A program made the translations under genes and the position numbers. Below, one piece after another: positions 1 through 11,720 of a DNA stretch of 64,000 nt. The first letter of the stretch is position 1. The number at the start of each line of letters is the position of its first letter. The DNA comes from Macrostomum lignano (lineage: Eukaryota), in assembly GCA_002269645.1 (NCBI GenBank), contig NIVC01000516.1, positions 186,001-250,000 on the forward strand, given 5' to 3'. The notes under the pieces are model-generated. The model saw nothing but the letters and a program-made list of their open reading frames with translations, did not search any database and was not told the origin of the DNA.

Positions 1-239
1 TCTTGCCTATCAACTGATGCTGGTACTGAAGTGCGGATCCAACCACAACACAGCCATTCATTTGGACTCAGATTCGGAGACTGAGACTGATGGCCGAAGA
101 AGTGAGAGTCCTCCAAGAAAAAGATATATTTTTAGTTTATCAAAAGGGATTTTGATGAAATTCAGTCTCATGAAGAGATTTTGATGAAGTTCAGTTTTAT
201 GGAGAGATTTTGATAGAGTTCATTTTTACAGAGATGATT

Positions 240-1000
240 TCAATGGATTTGGCATATTAAATGAGTCAGAGAAGAGAAAGTATAGAGAAGAGTGAACAAA
301 AAAGGAGAGATGATAGAAAAGAGAGTAGATATGAGAGAGGACAGATTAGATATGACAGATGGGAGAGAAGAGTGGAGTAAGGTAGGAATGAAGAGGGAGA
401 GAGAAGAGAAGAGGAGAGTGGAGATGAGAGGGGAGTTATGAGATAGCAAAGAGGAGACAGGAGAGATGAGAGAAGAAAGGAGGGATAAGAGCATACAGCT
501 GAAATAAAAGAGAGGAGAGAGATGAAAGATCAGAGATGATAGAGTTAAGAGAAGAAAGTAGTGAGGAGAAAGAAAGAGGGTAAAGGTAAGAGTGCAGAGA
601 GGACAGATGAAAGATGTGATGAGAAAAGATATGATTGAGAAAATAAGAGAGAGAAGAGATTAGAGAAGAAAAGAGACAAAGGGGAGAAGATAGAATCGAG
701 ATGGTAGAAAGGAAGCAAGAAAGATGGGAGATAAGAAAGAAGAGGGTATAGGAGATATGATAAACGAGAGCAGAGAGGAGAGAGAAAAGAGAAGAGAGAG
801 GGTATAGGAGAGACGATAGATAAGTGAGTAGAGATGAGATATGAGAGAGGAGAAAAGGGGAGAAATAAGAGAGAAGAGAGGAGACAGGAGAGGGTACAGA
901 CGAAATACGAGGGAGAAGAGATAAATAAAGAGGGAGAGTAATAATAGAGAGAGTAACGGCGAGAATGCAGAGAGGAGACATGAGAGTCTGAGTCTGGACA
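240..1000 (+). repeat. A/G-rich low-complexity purine tract
   Basis: Almost only A and G on the + strand. It produces the spurious L/S-rich minus-strand ORFs. Confidence 0.9.
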
Positions 1001-1097
1001 ATGGAAGTCAGTTTTTGCAAACAGGGAAAACAAAATATGGTATTTAAAAGGCTTTACAGAGGATTTTAAGACAATTTAGAATATGGGATTCAAGACT

Positions 1098-1500
1098 ACT
1101 TAGTTGCTCTCAATTGCGACTTAGTTCCTCCTGATTGCGACTTAGTTCCTCCCGATTGCGACTTAGTTCCTCTCGATTGCGACTTAGTTCCTCCTGATTG
1201 CGACTTAGTTCCTCCTGATTGTGGCTTAGTTCTTCTTGATTGCGACTTAGTTCCTCCCGATCGCGACTTAGTTCCTCTCGATTGCAACTTAGTTCCTTCC
1301 GATTGCAACTTAGTTCCTCCCAATTGCGACTTAGTTCCTCCTGATTGCAACTTAGTTCCTCCTAATTGCGACTTAGTTCCTCCTGATTGCAACTTAGTTC
1401 TTCCTGATTGCGACTTAGTTCCTCCCAATTGCGACTTAGTTCCTCTCAATTGCGACTTAGTTCCTCCCGATTGCAACTTAGTTCCTCCCAATTGCGACCT
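1098..1500. repeat. 21-bp minisatellite (TTGCGACTTAGTTCCTCCYGA)n
   Basis: Direct tandem repeats, about 19 units. The same unit recurs at ~58316-58350. Confidence 0.95.
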
Positions 1501-2592
1501 AATTTTCATTTTGTATATGACTTTTCTTGCCTTTTTCTCTTTTATTTTCTTTTTCTTTCTTTCTCCTCTTTCCCCCTTCTCTCATCTCCCTCCTTTCTTT
1601 TCCCTTTCTCTTCCTCTCCTTTCTTTCTTCTCCCAATTTTTTGGTTTTTGCGTTTTCAATTTTGCGACTTACCTTGGCCAGCGGCCATTTTACCTGTCTG
1701 GTTCGGACAGGTCGGATGGGTGTTGGGCATGTATGTTCTTCAATGTTGATTCAACAATGTTCTTAAACAACAAAAACTGCAATATTGAGGATGACATCAG
1801 GGCATATACTTTAGCAACCCTCTTGGAATCTAAGAGTCTAGGCAAGGTGCCAAGGTGCACATGTTAGCCATTATCATTTAGAGAAGCAGTCTTAGTGGGT
1901 AGAGGCAAATTAAGTGCTATTCCTTAGGATTCTTTCTCTTAAATTGCAAAGATATAAATTTTGAGTGCAAGCTTAGTAGGATTGATTTGATTTGATTGAT
2001 TGATTTGGCTCTTACCTCTCACTAAGGAGACTATAAGGCTTTGCAGTCTTGGCATGCTTAGCAAGCAAGGAGTTAAAGTTCTATTTAACCCTTTAGCATC
2101 TTTCTATCTCTTATCTTTATCTTTTTTTCTTTTCTTCCATATTCTTTCTTTTTCCTATTCTCATCTGGCCTATAGCAATGAGATCTGGATGATTTATCTG
2201 GCCCCTGGGGTAGGAAAGTTTGCCAACTCTTGGTCTAGAATGATCTTTCAGATAATAAACTAAGTTTTTTCTACATTGGGTTTTTACTTAAAATCTTGTA
2301 CTTGCTTCAAAAATCATAAACTAGTAAGTAAAGCAAGTATGTTTTGCTTTTTATTAAATCATCAAGGTTTTAGCGAAATCATCAATATACTCTAAAAGCT
2401 ATAAGTCATTGCTTAACATAATAGCCCTTGTTGATGTAAGTCTATAGGCATTTTTAAGCTACTAAGACTAATTGATAGCAGTCTACTAGCATATCTAATG
2501 TGTATACCTTTAGCTAAAATATAGTAAATATGTCAAATAATGAAATACTTTTTAATATAACTATTATAACTTCATGCTTATTGATAAAAATA

Positions 2593-4418
2593 TTCAGTTG
2601 AAGGGAAAGTTTTTGCCAATTTTAAAAACTTAAACTGTATTAAGTTTTTATAGAACTGAAGCAACTTCACAAAGTGAAGTTATTTTAAGTTGCTCATTGC
2701 CATCATATTTGATGACTTTCTGCCATCATTTGTGTAGACTCATGATGCTGTCCTTATAGAACTTAGAGCTTGTTTTGAGGCAAAGAAGTTGTCCAGCCAA
2801 AGGTTAAGTTCATGCATATCATTGAACAATTTCTTGGCCATGGTGCTAGATAGGATAGGAACAAGTAGTAATCAGATGGTGCAAGGTCCAGTTAATAAAG
2901 TAGATGAGGTAAAACCTCTTAGCCTAGATCAAGTAGCTTTTGCCAAGTAACCTTCACCATATGCGGCCACACATTGTTGTAAAAAGACAGACCAGATCAT
3001 GATTTTGGCATTTTTCTTTGATCTTTGCTGCCAAATCATCCAGTTGCTAATAGTACTTGTTAGCTATAATTGTCAGGTTTAATGGCAATAGCTCATAGTG
3101 AATGTTGCCATTGCAGTCCCACCAGATACTGAGCATCACTTTCCTGACTTTTGAGTGGTGCTTTCAGTTGGCTGTGGTTTTGGCAATTTTTTTATCTACC
3201 CACAAAGCACAGCATTTCACATTGATATATAAATACCACTTTTTGTCACTTATCATTATGGATGTTAGCCAATGGGTTGTGCAATAGTAGGATAGAAAAA
3301 AACATTGCAGCATCAGTACAATGCCAATGCTCCAACTTGGTAAGGTTGTGGGATACCTATTATGCCACCTTGTACACCTTACCTAGCTGGCGTAGATGAT
3401 CAATGATGGTCTGGTGTACCCCAAGGACATCTGCTATTTCATGCAAGGTTTGGTGGGGATTGGCTTCTATGAGCTAGTGCAGCTGCTCATCATCTACCCC
3501 CAATGGTTGACCTGATTGGGGCTGGTCTTTGAGTTTAAAGTTTCTATTGCAGAAATGAAAGAAATAGTCCTAGGCAGTTCTGTTAGACATGGTCCCCTCT
3601 CTAAATGCAGAGTTAATATGACATACCACTGCTGGACATGCGTGGTACCTGCAGTTTAGGTTTACTGGTTTTGTCTACTTTAGAACTTAGTGGATTTTTG
3701 GGGTATATTGGTAGATTTCGCTGCCACCAGGTTCCTGCTGTTCCCTAATTCTAGCTTTAAGTTAAAGAACTGAGTCAGGACACCAATTCAGATTTGGTTA
3801 ACACAAAAGTCTTAATAATAATAAACAGAAATGGTTATTTGTTTGTTGGTCTAAAGACCAACAAAAGTTGGTCTTTACATTAGTTCCTATCTTAAGTTTC
3901 CCCATTTTGTGCATTAGGCAACACTCCCAGTTAGAGGCAAGACTCCTCTTGTGCAGGCCTAAGTATTCCCCTTTATATTTTCCCTTCTTACTGATTCTTA
4001 GCTGAGTTTCTAAGACAGGTTGCCACGGGATGCTTTCCCAAGAGCCCAACTGCTCTGTAGTTCTAAAGGATCCTGAAAACTAGCGATTTACCCCTGCTCT
4101 AATTATTTCCCCAGGTTGAAACTACTGATAGTAGGCAAAAAGCATGTTCGAACCTGCAATAATTCCCATTCCTAAAATTATGCCCTACTATACTGCCAAC
4201 ATATTAAGACCAGATTTAAAAGTCATAGAGCAAACATCCACAGATATAGAGTTTTGAAATTTCCATTTTCTAGTGCTATTCTGAAGAAAATAGAAGGCAA
4301 TGACTATGAAATGATGCCCACCCATCCTGCTTTATAGCAATGGAAGGTTCTAGAACTTCAGAATTTGCCTTGTACTATATATTTTTTTAAATGGGCAAGA
4401 ACTTTCCCTTCAACCAAA
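2593..4418 (-). mobile_element. Complete but decayed mariner (DD34D) transposon, interrupted by a ~560-bp insertion
   Basis: Imperfect inverted ends TA-TTCAGTTGAAGGGAAAGTTTTTGCC (2591) and GGCAAGAACTTTCCCTTCAACCAAA-TA (4420), with TA flanks. Minus-strand translation gives MEISKLYICGCLLYDF (ATG 4266), VDDEQL..LIEANP, **VSHNL (WVPHEL), SDKKWYLYIN (GDEKW), KVMLSIWWDCNG..HYELLP, YNNVWPH (HDNARPH) and Y*LDLAPSDYYLF (YSPDLAPSDY). Length without the insert is ~1.27 kb, typical of mariner. Confidence 0.9.
3633..4190. mobile_element. Insertion in the mariner transposase, solo-LTR-like
   Basis: It splits the transposase N-terminus. Flanking direct repeat ACTGC at 3628-3632 and 4192-4196 (6 bp, C/T-ACTGC, if one transition is allowed). 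It starts TGG and ends CTA, which could be a decayed TG...CA. Confidence 0.5.
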
Positions 4419-5719
4419 TATAAGATATTTAGGTAAACTATTAGTCAAACAAGATTTAAACAGGTTAAAGTTTAGCCCTATTCATCAACCTACTGAAGAG
4501 AAAACTCAGTTATCTAGGAAACCTTTCTAGACCACTTTGCATATATATACCCTATCTTTTGTATTTCATGGTTTTTATGATTAGGGCTACTAGGTATATC
4601 TAGTCAGGTGGTATAAATTTTGGTAAGATTTTTTCAAAACAAACTGATTATTGTCTTAATTTTTTTTTAATTAGTGGTATAAGCTTGTGTAGACTGCAAA
4701 GCTGATAAAAATGGGCATTCAAAATGTGCTAGATATGAGCTTTAAAATATTTTGTCCCACCAAAGTTTTCCTACCTGGTACTATGTATAATTTGTGTAGT
4801 GTCTTGATTTTTAAAAGTTTGATAGGTCTACGTATCATTTGGAATTGCATCTTATCCTATCATAATTTCAGGTTAATTTCTATAAAAAGAGATGATACCA
4901 TTGGGTGTATATGCCGAATCTTCAAAGACACCTGGTCCTGATTAACAAATTCAACATTCTATCAGTGCTAATGTACATAGAAAAGTAAGTAAAAAATTCA
5001 TTTTTTGTCTCATTTGTCATAAAAATATTTGTTTCTGTTTTCTACTTTCTACTTTTTCTACTGACAGTAGTGTTCGTGGTCTTATTAGTAAGCCATTCGT
5101 TTCAACCATTTAAAATGTTTTTTGTATTTTCTGCTAACTAGGAAGCAGCATTTAGAATTTTATTTGAAGTGGCAAGTAATAACTTTAATGCAAGTAATAA
5201 TGTTATATTAAATTTCATTTTTGAATTGTGCAAATTCACATTGTCAATCAAACTAATTTGTGTTGTTACAAATCCTTGTGTGTGCAGACAAAAAACATTA
5301 TTTTACAAGTTTAAAAGTGCTTCTTTCAATGGGTTAGGTACACACTTTATTTGGATTCATCGACAAAAAAATTGATCTAAGTTGACAAAAATTAAGTATT
5401 TTTTGTACAAGCAACTTGTCTAAAACGGTTTGTAGAGCATGAATGAAGGTATAATTTATAGATGGAAAATTATATTTAAATAAGCAAAATTCAGGATTTC
5501 AAAATTCAATCATCTTATCTGTTCTAAACTCATTCATGCTCATTAGACATAAATTTCAGGTTATAAGGTACTCGTAACAATATAAAATATTGTCAGATTC
5601 GTTAATAATTTCCTTGATTAGCTAAGCTCATTGGTAGTTTCTCAAAAATAGCTATAGAGATAATGAAAAAGTTATAAATTACACTTGCATAGAAACCTAA
5701 TAGATTGAAATTATTTCTG

Positions 5720-8700
5720 TTAGATTGTGTAGATGTTGTGAAAGCGCACTGGCTGCTCCATGATTATAGGGAAGATGACTATTGACATTATACAGACGAG
5801 CAGCGTTATTTTTTGGTTGCTAATTGTCCTCATGGCTGAGTTAAAGTCGCACGGTATTGTAACATTGCGCAGTGCCGGGCAGTACTTCTCTGCGCCGCCG
5901 TCTGAACTCTCGTGGGCGCAGGTTCCATTAATGATGCGATAAGCGCCAGATGCAACCAGTTTTCGCATTAGTTTACAATTGAAGTCGAATGCATTTAGCT
6001 TGCGCTCACGCCAGTTCTCAATGACCAATAGAAACAGGTTTGTGTCCTTTAGCGAGGTCACGTAATAGAAGCCTTGCATGCAGGGTCCAGAGACGTTGCC
6101 AACTAGCATGCGACTTTTGCCTAGTGCTGTCTCGTTTACCTCAAACGAGATTACATCCTGGATGCAGCCATACGAATTAGAGAAACCCGGTATTGGGCCC
6201 CTGGTTTTGTATAGATCGTCGCTCTCCTCAGGTGTAGTCGGTATGCCGTTCATTGTCACCTTTGGCGCGCTGCCGGTGAAACTGCAAGTGCCCTGAAAAT
6301 CTACGGACTCGTCGCGTTGGATTAGACTCTGTCGGAATACAAGATTCATCATCACTTCGCCCTCTTTTTGGCCCAAAGTTACGCCTTTATACTTGCCTTC
6401 GTCCAGATCGGTTGCGGAGATAAAGTCCGGTGCCATTATAACGTTGACGCGATTGTCAAACAGATAGCAAAGCGTACTGCACTTGTTCTTAGTGCCGTCT
6501 GGACACGTGTATTTGGCGTTGCACGATTTAACTCCGTCCGAAGCTTGCATTAGATTATAGACTTTCCGATGGAAGTTATTGTAGTTGAGATCTAAGCTTG
6601 TAATAGCCTCGATGCGCTCTGTTGCGCACCGTTTGCCGTGTTCGATATCCCTGCTTGGTCCCTTGGCCGCGCTAATGTAGCAGTAGCCGCTAATGCACTC
6701 GATGCCTTCCTCACACGGGCAGCCCCCTGGCTTGGCCTTTGTCGTGTTTGAAACTTCACAATCGGATAGGTTTTTATTCTCCATGCCTTCAAATACGGCC
6801 TGAGAAATTGTGATAATTTTACCGCTGCCTGCCGAGTCGAAGTACGGCGTAGATATCGAAGTCTTCGTTGGCGAACTCTTTGTTCGACTGTACCAGGGCC
6901 GAGTAGTGGGATCGTACAACCTTACTGACCGATGCCGGGATACGTTCTGAACACGCCGCTGCGCATGCCGACGTAGGTCCAGATAACCTCGTCTATCCAG
7001 CTGAACTGCCTGTCGCGCCATCTCTCTTCGATTGGTTGCGTCACTAGAATATAGGCGCGCACGCCTTTCTCGTATCTGCTACCATTTTCGCAGCTATCGT
7101 CGCTCGTGTTACCCGTCATGTACTTGTGCGCCTCGAGAGTTTTACCAGCAAGATCGTCGTCGAAAAAGTATTCCAATGGTTCGCAGTAGCACTTTGGGGC
7201 TAGGAATATGCTTGAGTGTAGCTCAGTTACTCGCAGTTTCAAGTATTTCGACATGTTAAATTTGACGTTTAAATATTTGAAAACGTTTGGATAGACGCTG
7301 AGCACTTTGCTGCTATTGTATTCAATTAGCAGATTAAAGTAGCTAGTATTGCGAGGCTTTAGATATGTAAAGTCAACCTTCGGCTCGATCAATCTTCTGT
7401 ACACTTTATCGGTCCTGGATAGAACAAAGGCCACTGAGTAGTCTGTATCGTTCACTTTGCTGTAGTAGTACTCTAATGGCATTGTTTCGTACTTAACTCC
7501 GGCCCTGTGGTCGCCTTTCGGAATGCCGCGTCTACCATTCTTTATTTCAACCATACCAGTTTTTCCGCTTATCATATTGCGAAACACAGTGTTAAACTCT
7601 TTTGGTACGCCTTTTTTGCTTTGCTCCATCCTTTGAATGTGAATGAATATTGGGTCGTCCTTCAGGGTTGCACTGCCTTTCAGGAGTGGATGGTAGATAG
7701 TTTGTCCTTCTTTATCGATCAGGAAGGATGTCACTGAGCCCCATTGCTTTCTTGTAACATAAGTTTCGATCTCTTCTAGCGTGGCATCGACTCCAACCAC
7801 ACCGATGGTTTTTTGCCTGCTCCCTTCAATTTTGCTAATTACTGGTACAGCGTGTGTAACCATAGTTCCTAGGCCAAAGGCGTCAATATAAGGTGAGGTC
7901 CACAGTCCTTCCGTGTTTGGAGAAATTCGAGCTAGAAAGTCAAAATAGTTATCCATACGCGAGATTAGATTTTCGCCGTTCTCTAATTTGCGTAAACTGC
8001 CACTGTGATTGCAGGCAAGTGCACCCGGGAACATTTGACCGTCGTCCTTAATGAGGTAGCTGAATATTCTTGCTTGCGGTCTTGTATTAAGATTAGTCGA
8101 GTTGACGATAGACCAGACCCGTGTCCAATTGTACTTGCATACTGGACCGGGCACGTAGCCAGATCTTGTGTAATAGCCTGGTCCGCAACGCACTGTCTCG
8201 CCATCGGTATCTTTACCATCCGTAATAAAGATTAGAATAGATAAGCATCCAGTTCTAGCTGTAGAATTTAGAAGATCGAATGCCATTTGAAATCCGTGCT
8301 CCAATTCGCTAGTTCCGCCCGGTATGAGTCCATCAATTTTCTCCATCAGATCTTTTCTAAACTCGATTGTCGCTGGTACCATTTTGTTCACTTGACAGCT
8401 AAGCACTTCAGATTTGAAGGAGTGCCACTTGCCGACTTCGTCCCAGTGGCTCGCTCGTGCACAAACAACATTTAAATAATCCTGCTTTGTAAGTGTCTTA
8501 ATTACTGCCTTGGCAACTGATCTGGCGATGCCGAACTTTTCTCCAGCCATGCTGGCACTGCAGTCTATCACAATGACAACATCTTTTGGGCCACTTGTAG
8601 CAGCAATGTACCACGGTCTTATTCTTGGATCGTAGTCTGTGTAAAAGCCAACGAAGTTTGAACTCCATTCTCTTCCAGGAAATAGTCTAGTAACACCTGC

Positions 8701-9390
8701 GCTGGAGCCAAAGTACTGCCATCGAATGCTCGGATCTTTTTTATAATTTTCTATAAATATCTTCTCCAGCTCATGCGTCCATTCGACCGTGAATATTGTT
8801 TCGTTTAAGTCACGCGGTACATCGTCTGCTATTTTAATTGTAGAAATATTGTATGTGATATTCTGTCGGAAGAAAGCCTTCTGAGTCATGCCGACGTCTT
8901 TCAGTTTCTTTGGAATGTCTGAGTCGCGGTAGATGTCCGGGTGCAGATCCTGCAGCTTGGTCGATATTTTTCGCGTGCCGTTCTTTACCTCTTTGTAATA
9001 TCTGGCGTAAACTTCGGCTGCTTTCTTGGCAATCTTTTTAGCGTACTCTTTTTTCTTGCGAAAATATTCGCCCAATTCGCGATTGACTTCTTGAATAACT
9101 TTGCTGCCATCTTTATTCTCGAGCTTGTAAGTTGCCTGGTCAAATAGCATTTGAGTCTGGTCGCGCTGTATGCCATCTGATGCCACCTGCTGTATGTAGT
9201 TCTGAATCATGTCGGCCCAATTGTAAACATCGCCGTACATTGTGCCGTCTTCGTCTCGGCTTCTTGTATCGTCAGATCCGGTCATAGAATAAGTGGTTGC
9301 AACTTTGCTGATTGACTGACAGCAGGCATGACGAACAGACAGGTCCATGTATAGCCATATTGCAGCATAAAGTAGCAGTGATTTATTCAT
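5720..9390 (-). CDS. Voltage-gated calcium channel alpha2delta / CACHD1-family protein (VWA_N, VWA, Cache domains), intronless, with one frameshift at ~6935
   Basis: First ATG at 9390 is followed by a hydrophobic signal (MNKSLLLYAAIWL). Motifs include WQYFGSSAGVTRLFPG, YDPRIRPWYIAATSGPKDVVIVIDCSASM (MIDAS DxSxS), GGT, FITDG, WTSPYIDAFGLG, and a second Cache motif YDPTTRPWY...STPYFDSAGSGKIITIS. The C-terminus is hydrophobic (TM or GPI signal). The two track ORFs join by a -1 shift to read TYPG-HRSVRL-YDP. Confidence 0.88.
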
Positions 9391-11084
9391 TTTGACCTCA
9401 CTAGCACTGTCTCTCTTGTGGCGGCTTTGCACTCGGAGCTGAGCAATGAAAACACAGCCTCTTATAAATCAGTCATTCACCTTTGGGCCAATAGACTCAA
9501 AGCTTTCCCCCCCTAGCCATGCCTGTTCTGCAGTAGGATGAGCGGCACAAGCTCCTGGATAATTCAGTGCGTCTCCCCTGTCCCCAAGCTTGTCCCAGGT
9601 CTCCCCCTGCTCCCCCATTGCTTTTTGTGTACACAGGGACATACAAAGCGTACGCGCGTGACCCTCCTAGTTGGCACCCCCAGAACTGTACTCCATCAGC
9701 CAACAGCAGATCTGCTTGGCGGTTTTACTTCGGCTTAACCGCTGCCCTTCAACCCCTCCCCGTCTCACCGCCGCCCCACCCGCGCCGCTTTTAGTTTCCT
9801 CCGGGCCTACGCCACCTTTTCTTGTCTCTTCCCCTTGGCCCAAATTTGTCTCTCAGTCTTTCATCTCTCGCCCCCCTCTATTTCTCTCTTATCTCGACCT
9901 TCTATCTCCAACTTCCTTGCTCACACAGGCGTTGGCGGCATTCACTAGCCAAAGTTCCCATCGCTTCCCACCCTCTCCCACTTCTCTATCCCAGCCTCCC
10001 AAATTTCATTCCGATTCTACCGCCTCTCTTCTCGGGCCCTACCGCATTAGCCCTAGTTCTAACTGGTGCAGTCCGTGCCTGGTTTATTATTATTGAGTCG
10101 GCTAGCTAGACTAAATCTGCTGTTTAAGGTTTCGCTGAAATTATGGAAATATTTTGAATTAATATAATATATATTTCAATAAGCTATACTGTATTAATTC
10201 TCTTCTCCATTTATAATGCATGCTTCACTATCATTATTTAAAATTTGCCTAGAGCTTTACAAACGCGAGAAGAGTGATGGGGGGAGTACAGAAATATTGA
10301 ATGGTGGACGGATAAGGCTGTTAACGAGATGTCTCGTCTTATTTCTACATTGTTCGGGATAGGCCATGCGGTGCGCTTGCCCTGTAGAACAGCAAGAAGC
10401 AATGTGACAGGCCAGGCGGCAGTGGTGGAGAAGCATGAACTGCCCGCCCCCACTCGATTGGAAGCTCTGCTGGATGCTTCCTGCTTGCAGTTGGCGTGTG
10501 TGTTCGTCTCACGAGGATAGAGTCGGAACGAAGCTGGGAACGCACTGGGGAGCTCTCGATTGAGATGCTTATGAACTGGTCCAGTCTGAGGCTACTGCAG
10601 TTTTTTGGTCGCAGTTGTGAGGAGGAGAGAATAGGGAAGAACTTAAGAGAGAGAAAGGAACGAGGAATAGATGATGGGGGAGCTTTGCTCTAATTACTGC
10701 TGCCCTACTTGTGGTGCACTGTTTCCTAGTCGTTTCTAGCCGCCAGCCGTGCCTCCCTGCCTCTCCTTCCTCTGCTCTAGTTAATTTTGAGTTTCTCCTC
10801 CGGCCAGTCGCGGCATGTCAGTCTTGTGCCGTCCAGCCAACCTATTCAAACAGGAACGAAGCGTCCAATCTAACTTCAGTCTGTGTTTGCTTATGAGTAG
10901 GCTAATACCTGCCTACCGGTTCGGTTCCTAAATTTTGTAGTTTTTTGTAAGAAACCGCAACCATAGCGTAATTAGCGGGCTTCCGTGTACCCCTTATGTT
11001 GGTATCCGATTTCCGATTTCTATCATAGCTGCGTTGGAAGTTTCCCTGTCCTCCCAAAGATATTTTACTGCCTTTACTCTAATC

Positions 11085-11720
11085 CCTTGAGATCACCCTC
11101 TACTCGCTTGCGAATCACCCTCTACTCCCTTAAGAATCACCCTCTACTCCCTTAAGAATCACCCTCTACTCCCTTAAGAATCACCCTCTACTCCCTTGAA
11201 ATCACCGTTTACTTCCTTGAGATCACACTCTACTCGCTTGAGAACCCCCCCCCCCCCTACTTCTTTGGGAAACACCCTCTACTTTGAGAATCACCGCTAC
11301 TCGCTTGAGAAGCACCCTCTACTCGCTTGAGAAGCACCCTCTACTCGCTTGAGAATCACCCTCTACTCCCTTGAGATCACCCTCTACTCGCTTGCGAATC
11401 ACCATCTACTCCCTTAAGATCACCCTCTACTCCCTTAAGAATCACCCTCTACTCCCTTGAAATCACCGTTTACTTCCTTGAGATCACACTCTACTCGCTT
11501 GAGAACCCCCCCCCCCCTACTTCTTTGAGAAACACCCTCTACTTTGAGAATCACCGCTACTCGCTTGAAAAGCACCCTCTACTCGCTTGAGAAGCACCCT
11601 CTACTCGCTTGAGAAGCACCCTCTACTCGCTTGAGAATCACCCTCTACTCGCTTTAGAATCAGTATCTACTCATCAGAAACTCGCCCTCTGGCCTCTACT
11701 TTTCTCAATGAAGAATCCCA
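11085..11720. repeat. ~22-23-bp minisatellite (GAGAATCACCCTCTACTCGCTT-like)
   Basis: Tandem degenerate units with an internal duplicated block containing a poly-C run. Confidence 0.9.

Larger units (their letters stand above)
1..1735. mobile_element. Right-hand part of a non-autonomous hAT-like DNA transposon (other end lies outside the window)
   Basis: It ends in GTTGGGCATGTATG (1722-1735). The last ~75 bp are the reverse complement of a diverged version of the 53325 terminus (CATACATGC.CAAC...CCGACCTG.CCGA.CC...AGGTAAGTCGCAAAATTGA). The layout is the same as that element: purine tract plus a GCGACTTA-containing array. Confidence 0.65.

Noticed and set aside
240-1033. Leu/Ser/Phe-rich membrane-protein-like ORFs (also 1408-1867, 48659-49414, 54866-55625)
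   Set aside because: They are translations of purine/pyrimidine low-complexity tracts.
10320-10345. TTAACGAGAT match to 28S rDNA
   Set aside because: Only 10 nt, which is expected by chance.
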